The notes under the pieces: generated by a model | What the model was told of the DNA's origin: nothing | Databases searched by the model: none | The model's input: only the letters and a program-made list of their open reading frames with translations | Shown here: piece by piece, positions 12,803 to 26,867 of the stretch | Layout: every line of letters begins with the position of its first letter | Position numbering within the stretch: position 1 is the first letter of the stretch | NCBI GenBank assembly: GCA_964016885.1 | Contig: OZ024762.1 | Coordinates: 30,690,001 to 30,754,000, forward strand | Source: Eledone cirrhosa | Taxonomy: Eukaryota | Length of the DNA: 64,000 nucleotides | Reading direction: 5' to 3' | Made by a program: the position numbers and the translations under genes

Positions 12803-15800
12803 ATGGTATTAGCTGTCAGAAGTAACTCCACTGTTGGTGAGAATTCATTTAAGTTCATGGTACTAGCTGTCAGAAGTAACTCCAATGTTGGTGAGAATTC
12901 ATTTAAGTTCATGGTATTAGCTGTCAGAAGTAACTCCACTGTTGGTGAGAATTCATTTAAGTCATGGTATTAGCTGTCAGAAGTAACTCCAATGTTGGTG
13001 AGAATTCATTTAAGTTCATGGTATTAGCTGTCAGAAGTAACTCCACTGTTGGTGAGAATTCATTTAAGTTCATGGTACTAGCTGTCAGAAGTAACTCCAC
13101 TGTTGGTGAGAATTCATTTAAGTTCATGGTATTAATTTGTCAGAAGTAACTCCACTGTTGGTGAGAATTCATTTAAGTCATGGTATTAGTTGTCAGAAGT
13201 AACTCCAATGTTGGTGAGAATTCATTTAAGTCATGGTACTAGCTGTTAGAAGTAATCCACTGTTGGTGAGAATTCATTTAAGTCATGGTACTAGCTGTCA
13301 GAAGGAACTCCACTGTTGGTGAGAATTCATTTAAGTTCATGGTATTAGCTGTCAGAAGTAACTCCACTGTTGGTGAGAATTCATTTAAGTTCATGGTACT
13401 AGCTGTCAGAAGTAACTCCAATGTTGGTGAGAATTCATTTAAGTTCATGGTATTAGCTGTCAGAAGTAACTCCACTGTTGGTGAGAATTCATTTAAGTTC
13501 ATGGTATTAGCTGTCAGAAGTAACTCCACTGTTGGTGAGAATTCATTTAAGTTCATGGTACTAGCTGTCAGAAGTAACTCCACTGTTGGTGAGAATTCAT
13601 TTAAGTTCATGGTATTAGTTGTCAGAAGTAACTCCACTGTTGGTGAGAATTCATTTAAGTTCATGGTACTAGCTGTCAGAAGTAACTCCACTGTTGGTGA
13701 GAATTCATTTAAGTTCATGGTACTAGCTGTCAGAAGTAACTCCAATGTTGGTGAGAATTCATTTAAATTCATGGTATTAGCTGTCAGAAGTAACTCCACT
13801 GTTGGTGAGAATTTATTTAAGTTCATGGTACTAGCTGTCAGAAGCAACTCCACTGTTGATGAGAATTCATTTAAGTTCATGGTATTAGCTGTCAGAAGTA
13901 ACTCCACTGTTGGTGAGAATTCATTTAAGTTCATGGTGCTAGCTGTCAGAAGTAACCCCAATGTTGGTGAGAATTCATTTAAGTTCATGGTATTAGCTGT
14001 CAGAAGTCACTCCAATGTTGGTGAGAATTCATTTAAGTTCATGGTATTAGCTGTCAGAAGTCACTCCACTGTTGGTGAGAATTCATTTAAGTTCATGGTA
14101 CTAGCTGTCAGAAGTAACCCCAATGTTGGTGAGAATTCATTTAAGTTCATGGTATTAGCTGTCAGAAGTCACTCCAATGTTGGTGAGAATTCATTTAAGT
14201 TCATGGTATTAGCTGTCAGAAGTAACTCCACTGTTGGTGAGAATTCATTTAAGTTCATGGTACTAGCTGTCAGAAGTAACTCCAATGTTGGTGAGAATTC
14301 ATTTAAATTCATGGTATTAGCTGTCAGAAGTAACTCCACTGTTGGTGAGAATTTATTTAAGTTCATGGTACTAGCTGTCAGAAGCAACTCCACTGTTGAT
14401 GAGAATTCATTTAAGTTCATGGTATTAGCTGTCAGAAGTAACTCCACTGTTGGTGAGAATTCATTTAAGTTCATGGTGCTAGCTGTCAGAAGTAACCCCA
14501 ATGTTGGTGAGAATTCATTTAAGTTCATGGTATTAGCTGTCAGAAGTCACTCCAATGTTGGTGAGAATTCATTTAAGTTCATGGTATTAGCTGTCAGAAG
14601 TCACTCCACTCTTGGTGAGAATTCATTTAAGTTCATGGTACTAGCTGTCAGAAGTAACCCCAATGTTGGTGAGAATTCATTTAAGTTCATGGTATTAGCT
14701 GTCAGAAGTCACTCCAATGTTGGTGAGAATTCATTTAAGTTCATGGTATTAGCTGTCAGAAGTAACTCCACTGTTGGTGAGAATTCATTTAAGTTCATGG
14801 TATTAGCTGTCAGAAGTCACTCCAATGTTGGTGAGAATTCATTTAAGTTCATGGTATTAGCTGTCAGAAGTCACTCCACTGTTGGTGAGAATTCATTTAA
14901 GTTCATGGTACTAGCTGTCAGAAGTAACCCCAATGTTGGTGAGAATTCATTTAGGTTCATGGTATTAGCTGTCAGAAGTCACTCCAATGTTGGTGAGAAT
15001 TCATTTAAGTTCATGGTATTAGCTGTCAGAAGTAACTCCACTGTTGGTGAGAATTCATTTAAGTTCATGGTACTAGCTGTCAGAAGTAACTCCAATGTTG
15101 GTGAGAATTCATTTAAGTTCATGGTATTAGCTGTCAGAAGTAACTCCACTGTTGGTGAGAATTCATTTAAGTCATGGTATTAGCTGTCAGAAGTAACTCC
15201 AATGTTGGTGAGAATTCATTTAAGTTCATGGTATTAGCTGTCAGAAGTAACTCCACTGTTGGTGAGAATTCATTTAAGTTCATGGTACTAGCTGTCAGAA
15301 GTAACTCCACTGTTGGTGAGAATTCATTTAAGTTCATGGTATTAATTTGTCAGAAGTAACTCCACTGTTGGTGAGAATTCATTTAAGTCATGGTATTAGT
15401 TGTCAGAAGTAACTCCAATGTTGGTGAGAATTCATTTAAGTCATGGTACTAGCTGTTAGAAGTAATCCACTGTTGGTGAGAATTCATTTAAGTCATGGTA
15501 CTAGCTGTCAGAAGGAACTCCACTGTTGGTGAGAATTCATTTAAGTTCATGGTATTAGCTGTCAGAAGTAACTCCACTGTTGGTGAGAATTCATTTAAGT
15601 TCATGGTACTAGCTGTCAGAAGTAACTCCAATGTTGGTGAGAATTCATTTAAGTTCATGGTATTAGCTGTCAGAAGTAACTCCACTGTTGGTGAGAATTC
15701 ATTTAAGTTCATGGTATTAGCTGTCAGAAGTAACTCCACTGTTGGTGAGAATTCATTTAAGTTCATGGTACTAGCTGTCAGAAGTAACTCCACTGTTGGT

Positions 15801-17491
15801 GAGAATTCATTTAAGTTCATGGTATTAGTTGTCAGAAGTAACTCCACTGTTGGTGAGAATTCATTTAAGTTCATGGTACTAGCTGTCAGAAGTAACTCCA
15901 CTGTTGGTGAGAATTCATTTAAGTTCATGGTACTAGCTGTCAGAAGTAACTCCAATGTTGGTGAGAATTCATTTAAATTCATGGTATTAGCTGTCAGAAG
16001 TAACTCCACTGTTGGTGAGAATTTATTTAAGTTCATGGTACTAGCTGTCAGAAGCAACTCCACTGTTGATGAGAATTCATTTAAGTTCATGGTATTAGCT
16101 GTCAGAAGTAACTCCACTGTTGGTGAGAATTCATTTAAGTTCATGGTGCTAGCTGTCAGAAGTAACCCCAATGTTGGTGAGAATTCATTTAAGTTCATGG
16201 TATTAGCTGTCAGAAGTCACTCCAATGTTGGTGAGAATTCATTTAAGTTCATGGTATTAGCTGTCAGAAGTCACTCCACTGTTGGTGAGAATTCATTTAA
16301 GTTCATGGTACTAGCTGTCAGAAGTAACCCCAATGTTGGTGAGAATTCATTTAAGTTCATGGTATTAGCTGTCAGAAGTCACTCCAATGTTGGTGAGAAT
16401 TCATTTAAGTTCATGGTATTAGCTGTCAGAAGTAACTCCACTGTTGGTGAGAATTCATTTAAGTTCATGGTACTAGCTGTCAGAAGTAACTCCAATGTTG
16501 GTGAGAATTCATTTAAATTCATGGTATTAGCTGTCAGAAGTAACTCCACTGTTGGTGAGAATTTATTTAAGTTCATGGTACTAGCTGTCAGAAGCAACTC
16601 CACTGTTGATGAGAATTCATTTAAGTTCATGGTATTAGCTGTCAGAAGTAACTCCACTGTTGGTGAGAATTCATTTAAGTTCATGGTGCTAGCTGTCAGA
16701 AGTAACCCCAATGTTGGTGAGAATTCATTTAAGTTCATGGTATTAGCTGTCAGAAGTCACTCCAATGTTGGTGAGAATTCATTTAAGTTCATGGTATTAG
16801 CTGTCAGAAGTCACTCCACTCTTGGTGAGAATTCATTTAAGTTCATGGTACTAGCTGTCAGAAGTAACCCCAATGTTGGTGAGAATTCATTTAAGTTCAT
16901 GGTATTAGCTGTCAGAAGTCACTCCAATGTTGGTGAGAATTCATTTAAGTTCATGGTATTAGCTGTCAGAAGTAACTCCACTGTTGGTGAGAATTCATTT
17001 AAGTTCATGGTATTAGCTGTCAGAAGTCACTCCAATGTTGGTGAGAATTCATTTAAGTTCATGGTATTAGCTGTCAGAAGTCACTCCACTGTTGGTGAGA
17101 ATTCATTTAAGTTCATGGTACTAGCTGTCAGAAGTAACCCCAATGTTGGTGAGAATTCATTTAGGTTCATGGTATTAGCTGTCAGAAGTCACTCCAATGT
17201 TGGTGAGAATTCATTTAAGTTCATGGTATTAGCTGTCAGAAGTAACTCCACTGTTGGTGAGAATTCATTTAAGTTCATGGTACTAGCTGTCAGAAGTAAC
17301 TCCAATGTTGGTGAGAATTCATTTAAGTTCATGGTATTAGCTGTCAGAAGTAACTCCACTGTTGGTGAGAATTCATTTAAGTCATGGTATTAGCTGTCAG
17401 AAGTAACTCCAATGTTGGTGAGAATTCATTTAAGTTCATGGTATTAGCTGTCAGAAGTAACTCCACTGTTGGTGAGAATTCATTTAAGTTC
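12803..17491. repeat. Local higher-order repeat: ~2.1 x 2210 bp (41 monomers), apparently identical copies
   Basis: The 632-aa translations at 13285 and 15495 are identical. ORFs start at 12964, 15174 and 17384. Markers attaatttgt (13131/15341/17551), agtaatccac (13251/15461) and cttggtgaga (14611/16821) all recur at +2210 (=41x54-4). Confidence 0.96.
13672..14802. repeat. Nested 2 x 540 bp (10-monomer) duplication inside the 41-mer (second occurrence ~15882-17012)
   Basis: Sequence lines 13681-14220 match lines 14221-14760 except for one G>C at 14611. The markers atttatttaa, agcaac...gttgatgag and ggtgctag each occur twice, 540 bp apart. Confidence 0.92.
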
Positions 17492-20400
17492 ATGGTATTA
17501 GCTGTCAGAAGTAACTCCACTGTTGGTGAGAATTCATTTAAGTTCATGGTATTAATTTGTCAGAAGGAACTCCACTGTTGGTGAGAATTCATTTAAGTCA
17601 TGGTACTAGCTGTTAGAAGTAATCCACTGTTGGTGAGAATTCATTTAAGTCATGGTAATAGCTGTCAGAAGTAACTCCACTGTTGGTGAGAATTCATTTA
17701 AGTTCATGGTACTAGCTGTCAGAAGTAACTCCAATGTTGGTGAGAATTCATTTAAGTTCATGGTATTAGCTGTCAGAAGTAACTCCACTGTTGGTGAGAA
17801 TTCATTTAAGTTCATGGTATTAGCTGTCAGAAGTAACTCCACTGTTGGTGAGAATTCATTTAAGTTCATGGTACTAGCTGTCAGAAGTAACTCCACTGTT
17901 GGTGAGAATTCATTTAAGTTCATGGTATTAGTTGTCAGAAGTAACTCCACTGTTGGTGAGAATTCATTTAAGTTCATGGTACTAGCTGTCAGAAGTAACT
18001 CCACTGTTGGTGAGAATTCATTTAAGTTCATGGTATTAATTTGTCAGAAGTAACTCCACTGTTGGTGAGAATTCATTTAAGTCATGGTATTAGTTGTCAG
18101 AAGTAACTCCAATGTTGGTGAGAATTCATTTAAGTCATGGTACTAGCTGTTAGAAGTAATCCACTGTTGGTGAGAATTCATTTAAGTCATGGTAATAGCT
18201 GTCAGAAGGAACTCCACTGTTGGTGAGAATTCATTTAAGTTCATGGTATTAGCTGTCAGAAGTAACTCCACTGTTGGTGAGAATTCATTTAAGTTCATGG
18301 TACTAGCTGTCAGAAGTAACTCCAATGTTGGTGAGAATTCATTTAAGTTCATGGTATTAGCTGTCAGAAGTAACTCCACTGTTGGTGAGAATTCATTTAA
18401 GTTCATGGTATTAGCTGTCAGAAGTAACTCCACTGTTGGTGAGAATTCATTTAAGTTCATGGTACTAGCTGTCAGAAGTAACTCCACTGTTGGTGAGAAT
18501 TCATTTAAGTTCATGGTATTAGTTGTCAGAAGTAACTCCACTGTTGGTGAGAATTCATTTAAGTTCATGGTACTAGCTGTCAGAAGTAACTCCACTGTTG
18601 GTGAGAATTCATTTAAGTTCATGGTACTAGCTGTCAGAAGTAACTCCAATGTTGGTGAGAATTCATTTAAATTCATGGTATTAGCTGTCAGAAGTAACTC
18701 CACTGTTGGTGAGAATTTATTTAAGTTCATGGTACTAGCTGTCAGAAGCAACTCCACTGTTGATGAGAATTCATTTAAGTTCATGGTATTAGCTGTCAGA
18801 AGTAACTCCACTGTTGGTGAGAATTCATTTAAGTTCATGGTGCTAGCTGTCAGAAGTAACCCCAATGTTGGTGAGAATTCATTTAAGTTCATGGTATTAG
18901 CTGTCAGAAGTCACTCCAATGTTGGTGAGAATTCATTTAAGTTCATGGTATTAGCTGTCAGAAGTCACTCCACTGTTGGTGAGAATTCATTTAAGTTCAT
19001 GGTACTAGCTGTCAGAAGTAACCCCAATGTTGGTGAGAATTCATTTAAGTTCATGGTATTAGCTGTCAGAAGTCACTCCAATGTTGGTGAGAATTCATTT
19101 AAGTTCATGGTATTAGCTGTCAGAAGTAACTCCACTGTTGGTGAGAATTCATTTAAGTTCATGGTACTAGCTGTCAGAAGTAACCCCAATGTTGGTGAGA
19201 ATTCATTTAAGTTCATGGTACTAGCTGTCAGAAGTAACCCCAATGTTGGTGAGAATTCATTTAAGTTCATGGTATTAGCTGTCAGAAGTCACTCCAATGT
19301 TGGTGAGAATTCATTTAAGTTCATGGTATTAGCTGTCAGAAGTAACTCCACTGTTGGTGAGAATTCATTTAAGTTCATGGTATTAGCTGTCAGAAGTAAC
19401 TCCACTGTTGGGGAGAATTCATTTAAGTTCATGGTATTAGCTGTCAGAAGTAACTCCACTGTTGGTGAGAATTCATTTAAGTTGATGGTATTAGCTGTCA
19501 GAAGGAACTCCACTGTTGGTGAGAATTCATTTAAGTTCATGGTACTAGCTGTCAGAAGTAACTCCACTGTTGGTGAGAATTCATTTAAGTTCATGGTATT
19601 AGTTTGTCAGAAGTAACTCCACTGTTGGTGAGAATTCATTTAAGTCATGGTATAAGTTGTCAGAAGTAACTCCAATGTTGGTGAGAATTCATTTAAGTCA
19701 TGGTACTAGCTGTCAGAAGTAACTCCAATGTTGGTGAGAATTCATTTAGGTTCATGGTATTAGCTGTCAGAAGGAACTCCACTGTTGGTGAGAATTCACT
19801 TAAGTTCATGGTATTAGCTGTCAGAAGTAACTCCACTGTTGGTGAGAATTCATTTAAGTTCATGGTACTAGCTGTCAGAAGTAACTCCAATGTTGGTGAG
19901 AATTCATTTAAGTTCATGGTATTAGCTGTCAGAAGTAACTCCACTGTTGGTGAGAATTCATTTAAGTCATGGTATTAGCTGTCAGAAGTAACTCCAATGT
20001 TGGTGAGAATTCATTTAAGTTCATGGTATTAGCTGTCAGAAGTAACTCCACTGTTGGTGAGAATTCATTTAAGTTCATGGTACTAGCTGTCAGAAGTAAC
20101 TCCACTGTTGGTGAGAATTCATTTAAGTTCATGGTATTAATTTGTCAGAAGTAACTCCACTGTTGGTGAGAATTCATTTAAGTCATGGTATTAGTTGTCA
20201 GAAGTAACTCCAATGTTGGTGAGAATTCATTTAAGTCATGGTACTAGCTGTTAGAAGTAATCCACTGTTGGTGAGAATTCATTTAAGTCATGGTACTAGC
20301 TGTCAGAAGGAACTCCACTGTTGGTGAGAATTCATTTAAGTTCATGGTATTAGCTGTCAGAAGTAACTCCACTGTTGGTGAGAATTCATTTAAGTTCATG

Positions 20401-22394
20401 GTACTAGCTGTCAGAAGTAACTCCAATGTTGGTGAGAATTCATTTAAGTTCATGGTATTAGCTGTCAGAAGTAACTCCACTGTTGGTGAGAATTCATTTA
20501 AGTTCATGGTATTAGCTGTCAGAAGTAACTCCACTGTTGGTGAGAATTCATTTAAGTTCATGGTACTAGCTGTCAGAAGTAACTCCACTGTTGGTGAGAA
20601 TTCATTTAAGTTCATGGTATTAGTTGTCAGAAGTAACTCCACTGTTGGTGAGAATTCATTTAAGTTCATGGTACTAGCTGTCAGAAGTAACTCCACTGTT
20701 GGTGAGAATTCATTTAAGTTCATGGTACTAGCTGTCAGAAGTAACTCCAATGTTGGTGAGAATTCATTTAAATTCATGGTATTAGCTGTCAGAAGTAACT
20801 CCACTGTTGGTGAGAATTTATTTAAGTTCATGGTATTAGCTGTCAGAAGCAACTCCACTGTTGATGAGAATTCATTTAAGTTCATGGTGCTAGCTGTCAG
20901 AAGTAACTCCACTGTTGATGAGAATTCATTTAAGTTCATGGTATTAGCTGTCAGAAGCAACTCCACTGTTGATGAGAATTCATTTAAGTTCATGGTACTA
21001 GCTGTCAGAAGCAACTCCACTGTTGATGAGAATTCATTTAAGTTCATGGTATTAGCTGTCAGAAGTAACTCCACTGTTGGTGAGAATTCATTTAAGTTCA
21101 TGGTGCTAGCTGTCAGAAGTAACCCCAATGTTGGTGAGAATTCATTTAAGTTCATGGTATTAGCTGTCAGAAGTCACTCCAATGTTGGTGAGAATTCATT
21201 TAAGTTCATGGTATTAGCTGTCAGAAGTCACTCCACTGTTGGTGAGAATTCATTTAAGTTCATGGTACTAGCTGTCAGAAGTAACCCCAATGTTGGTGAG
21301 AATTCATTTAAGTTCATGGTATTAGCTGTCAGAAGTCACTCCAATGTTGGTGAGAATTCATTTAAGTTCATGGTATTAGCTGTCAGAAGTAACTCCACTG
21401 TTGGTGAGAATTCATTTAAGTTCATGGTACTAGCTGTCAGAAGTAACCCCAATGTTGGTGAGAATTCATTTAAGTTCATGGTATTAGCTGTCAGAAGTCA
21501 CTCCAATGTTGGTGAGAATTCATTTAAGTTCATGGTATTAGCTGTCAGAAGTCACTCCACTGTTGGTGTGAATTCATTTAAGTTCATGGTACTAGCTGTC
21601 AGAAGTAACCCCAATGTTGGTGAGAATTCATTTAAGTTCATGGTATTAGCTGTCAGAAGTAACTCCACTGTTGGTGAGAATTCATTTAAGTTCATGGTAT
21701 TAGCTGTCAGAAGTAACTCCACTGTTGGTGAGAATTCATTTAAGTTCATGGTATTAGCTGTCAGAAGTAACTCCACTGTTGGTGAGAATTCATTTAAGTT
21801 GATGGTATTAGCTGTCAGAAGGAACTCCACTGTTGGTGAGAATTCATTTAAGTTCATGGTACTAGCTGTCAGAAGTAACTCCACTGTTGGTGAGAATTCA
21901 TTTAAGTTCATGGTATTAGTTTGTCAGAAGTAACTCCACTGTTGGTGAGAATTCATTTAAGTCATGGTATTAGTTGTCAGAAGTAACTCCAATGTTGGTG
22001 AGAATTCATTTAAGTCATGGTACTAGCTGTCAGAAGTAACTCCAATGTTGGTGAGAATTCATTTAAGTTCATGGTATTAGCTGTCAGAAGGAACTCCACT
22101 GTTGGTGAGAATTCATTTAAGTTCATGGTATTAGTTGTCAGAAGTAACTCCACTGTTGCTGAGAATTCATTTAAGTTCATGGTACTAGCTGTCAGAAGTA
22201 ACTCCACTGTTGGTGAGAATTCATTTAAGTTCATGGTACTAGCTGTCAGAAGGAACTCCAATGTTGGTGAGAATTCATTTAAATTCATGGTATTAGCTGT
22301 CAGAAGTAACTCCACTGTTGGTGAGAATTCATTTAAGTTCATGGTACTAGCTGTCAGAAGCAACTCCACTGTTGGTGAGAATTCATTTAAGTTC

Positions 22395-24170
22395 ATGGTA
22401 TTAGCTGTCAGAAGTAACTCCACTGTTGGTGAGAATTCATTTAAGTTCATGGTACTAGCTGTCAGAAGTAACCCCAATGTTGGTGAGAATTCATTTAAGT
22501 TCATGGTATTAGCTGTCAGAAGTCACTCCAATGTTGGTGAGAATTCATTTAAGTTCATGGTATTAGCTGTCAGAAGTCACTCCACTGTTGGTGAGAATTC
22601 ATTTAAGTTCATGGTACTAGCTGTCATAAGTAACCCCAATGCTGGTGAGAATTCATTTAAGTTCATGGTATTAGCTGTCACAAGGAACTCCAATGTTGGT
22701 GAGAATTCATTTAAGTCATGGTACTAGCTGTCAGAAGTAACTCCACTGTTGGTGAGAATTCATTTAAGTTCATGGTATTAGCTGTCAGAAGGAACGCCAC
22801 TGTTGGTGAGAATTCATTTAAGTTCATGGTATTAGTTTGTCAGAAGTAACTCCACTGTTGGTGAGAATTCATTTAAGTCATGGTATTAGTTGTCAGAAGT
22901 AACTCCAATGTTGGTGAGAATTCATTTAAGTCATGGTACTAGCTGTCAGAAGTAACTCCAATGTTGGTGAGAATTCATTTAGGTTCATGGTATTAGCTGT
23001 CAGAAGGAACTCTACTGTTGGTGAGAATTCATTTAAGTTCATGGTATTAGCTGTCAGAAGTAACTCCACTGTTGGTGAGAATTCATTTAAGTTCATGGTA
23101 CTGGCTGTCAGAAGTAACTCCAATGTTGGTGAGAATTCATTTAAGTTCATGGTATTAGCTGTCAGAAGTAACTCCACTGTTGGTGAGAATTCATTTAAGT
23201 CATGGTATTAGCTGTCAGAAGTAACTCCACTGTTGGTGAGAATTCATTTAAGTTCATGGTATTAGCTGTCAGAAGTAACTCCACTGTTGGTGAGAATTCA
23301 TTTAAGTTCATGGTACTAGCTGTCAGAAGTAACCCCAATGTTGGTGAGAATTCATTTAAGTTCATGGTATTAGCTGTCAGAAGTCACTCCAATGTTGGTG
23401 AGAATTCATTTAAGTTCATGGTATTAGCTGTCAGAAGTCACTCCACTGTTGGTGAGAATTCATTTAAGTTCATGGTACTAGCTGTCAGAAGTAACCCCAA
23501 TGCTGGTGAGAATTCATTTAAGTTCATGGTATTAGCTGTCAGAAGGAACTCCAATGTGGGTGAGAATTCATTTAAGTCATGGTACTAGCTGTCAGAAGTA
23601 ACTCCACTGTTGGTGAGAATTCATTTAAGTTCATGGTATTAGCTGTCAGAAGGAACGCCACTGTTGGTGAGAATTCATTTAAGTTCATGGTATTAGTTTG
23701 TCAGAAGTAACTCCACTGTTGGTGAGAATTCATTTAAGTCATGGTATTAGTTGTCAGAAGTAACTCCAATGTTGGTGAGAATTCATTTAAGTCATGGTAC
23801 TAGCTGTCAGAAGTAACTCCAATGTTGGTGAGAATTCATTTAGGTTCATGGTATTAGCTGTCAGAAGGAACTCTACTGTTGGTGAGAATTCATTTAAGTT
23901 CATGGTATTAGCTGTCAGAAGTAACTCCACTGTTGGTGAGAATTCATTTAAGTTCATGGTACTAGCTGTCAGAAGTAACTCCAATGTTGGTGAGAATTCA
24001 TTTAAGTTCATGGTATTAGCTGTCAGAAGTAACTCCACTGTTGGTGAGAATTCATTTAAGTCATGGTATTAGCTGTCAGAAGTAACTCCACTGTTGGTGA
24101 GAATTCATTTAAGTTCATGGTATTAGCTGTCAGAAGTAACTCCACTGTTGGTGAGAATTCATTTAAGTTC
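22395..24170. repeat. Local higher-order repeat: 2 x 861 bp (16 monomers)
   Basis: ORFs 22933/23794 and ends 22727/23588 are offset by 861 (=16x54-3). Rare markers aatgctggtg (~22638/23499), aacgcc (~22793/23654) and tctactg (~23011/23872) recur at the same offset. Confidence 0.92.
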
Positions 24171-26867
24171 ATGGTATTAGCTGTCAGAAGTAACTCCACT
24201 GTTGGTGAGAATTCATTTAAGTTCATGGTACTAGCTGTCAGAAGTAACTCCACTGTTGGTGAGAATTCATTTAAGTTCATGGTATTAGTTTGTCAGAAGT
24301 AACTCCACTGTTGGTGAGAATTCATTTAAGTTCATGGTATTAGCTGTCAGAAGGAACTCCACTGTTGGTGAGAATTCATTTAAGTTCATGGTATTAGCTG
24401 TCAGAAGTAACTCTACTGTTGGTGAGAATTCATTTAAGTTCATGGTACTAGCTGTCAGAAGTAACTCCACTGTTGGTGAGAATTCATTTAAGTTCATGGT
24501 ACTAGCTGTCAGAAGTAACTCCACTGTTGGTGAGAATTCATTTAAGTTCATGGTATTAGTTTGTCAGAAGTAACTCCACTGTTGGTGAGAATTCATTTAA
24601 GTCATGGTATTAGTTGTCAGAAGTAACTCCAATGTTGGTGAGAATTCATTTAAGTCATGGTACTAGCCTGTCAGAAGGAACTCCACTGTTGGTGAGAATT
24701 CATTTAAGTTCATGGTCCTAGCTGTCAGAAGTAACTCCACTGTTGGTGAGAATTCATTTAAGTTCATGGTATTAGTTTGTCAGAAGTAACTCCACTGTTG
24801 GTGAGAATTCATTTAAGTCATGGTATTAGTTGTCAGAAGTAACTCCAATGTTGGTGAGAATTCATTTAAGTCATGGTACTAGCTGTCAGAAGTAACTCCA
24901 ATGTTGGTGAGAATTCATTTAAGTTCATGGTATTAGCTGTCAGAATGAACTCCACTGTTGGTGAGAATTCATTTAAGTTCATGGTATTAGTTGTCAGAAG
25001 TAACTCCAATGTTGGTGAGAATTCATTTAAGTCATGGTACTAGCCTGTCAGAAGAAACTCCAATGTTGGTGAGAATTCATTTAAGTTCATGGTATTAGCT
25101 GTCAGAAGGTACTCCACTGTTGGTGAGAATTCATTTAAGTTCATGGTATTAGCTGTCAGAAGTAACTCCACTGTTGGTGAGAATTCATTTAAATTCATGG
25201 TACTAGCTGTCAGAAGTAACTCCAATGTTGGTGAGAATTCATTTAAGTTCATGGTATTAGCTGTCAGAAGTAACTCCACTGTTGGTGAGAATTCATTTAA
25301 GTAATGTTATTAGCTGTCAGAAGTAACTCCAATGTTGGTGAGAATTCATTTAAGTTCATGGTATTAGCTGTCAGAAGTAACTCCACTGTTGGTGAGAATT
25401 CATTTAAGTTCATGGTATTAGCTGTCAGAAGTAACTCCACTGTTGGTGAGAATTCATTTATGTTCATGGTACTAGCTGTCAGAAGTAACTCCACTGTTGG
25501 TGAGAATTCATTTAAGTTCATGGTATTAGTTTGTCAGAAGTAACTCCACTGTTGGTGAGAATTCATTTAAGTCATGTTATTAGTTATCAGAAGTAACTCC
25601 AATGTTGGTGAGAATTCATTTAAGTCATGGTATTAGTTGTCAGAAGTAACTCCAATGTTGGTGAGAATTCATTTAAGTTCATGGTACTAGCTGTCAGAAG
25701 TAACTCCACTGTTGGTGAGAATTCATTTAAGTTCATGGTATTAGCTGTCAGAAGTAACTCCACTGTTGGTGAGAATTCATTTAAGTCATGGTATGTATTA
25801 GCTGTCAGAAGTAACTCCATTGTTGGTGAGAATTCATTTAAGTCATGGTACTAGCTGTCAGAAGTAACTCCACTGTTGGTGAGAATTCATTTAAGTTGAT
25901 GGTATTAGCTGTCAGAAGGAACTCCACTGTTGGTGAGAATTCATTTAAGTTCATGGTCCTAGCTGTCAGAAGTAACTCCACTGTTGGTGAGAATTCATTT
26001 AAGTTCATGGTATTAGTTTGTCAGAAGTAACTCCACTGTTGGTGAGAATTCATTTAAGTCATGGTATTAGTTGTCAGAAGTAACTCCAATGTTGGTGAGA
26101 ATTCATTTAAGTCATGGTACTAGCTGTCAGAAGTAACTCCAATGTTGGTGAGAATTCATTTAAGTTCATGGTATTAGCTGTCAGAATGAACTCCACTGTT
26201 GGTGAGAATTCATTTAAGTTCATGGTATTAGCTGTCAGAAGTAACTCCACTGTTGGTGAGAATTCATTTAAGTTCATGGTACTAGCTGTCAGAGGTAACT
26301 CCACTGTTGGTGAGAATTCATTTAAGTTCATGGTATTAGCTGTCAGAAGTAACTCCACTGTTGGTGAGAATTCATTTAAGTCATGGTATTAGCTGTCAGA
26401 AGTAACTCCATTGTTGGTGAGAATTCATTTAAGTCATGGTACTAGCTGTCAGAAGTAACTCCACTGTTGGTGAGAATTCATTTAAGTTCATGGTACTAGC
26501 TGTCAGAAGTAACTCCACTGTTGGTGAGAATTCATTTACGTTCATGGTACTAGCTGTCAGAAGTAACACCACTGTTGGTGAGAATTCATTTAAGTTCATG
26601 CTACTAGCTGTCAGAAGTAACTCCAATGTTGGTGAGAATTCATTTAAATTCATGGTATTAGCTGTCAGAAGTAACTCCACTGTTGGTGAGAATTCATTTA
26701 AGTTCATGGTACTAGCTGTCAGAAGTAACCCCAATGTTGGTGAGAATTCATTTAAGTTCATGGTATTAGCTGTCAGAAGTCACTCCAATGTTGGTGAGAA
26801 TTCATTTAAGTTCATGGTATTAGCTGTCAGAAGTAACTCCAATGTTGGTGAGAATTCATTTAAGTTC

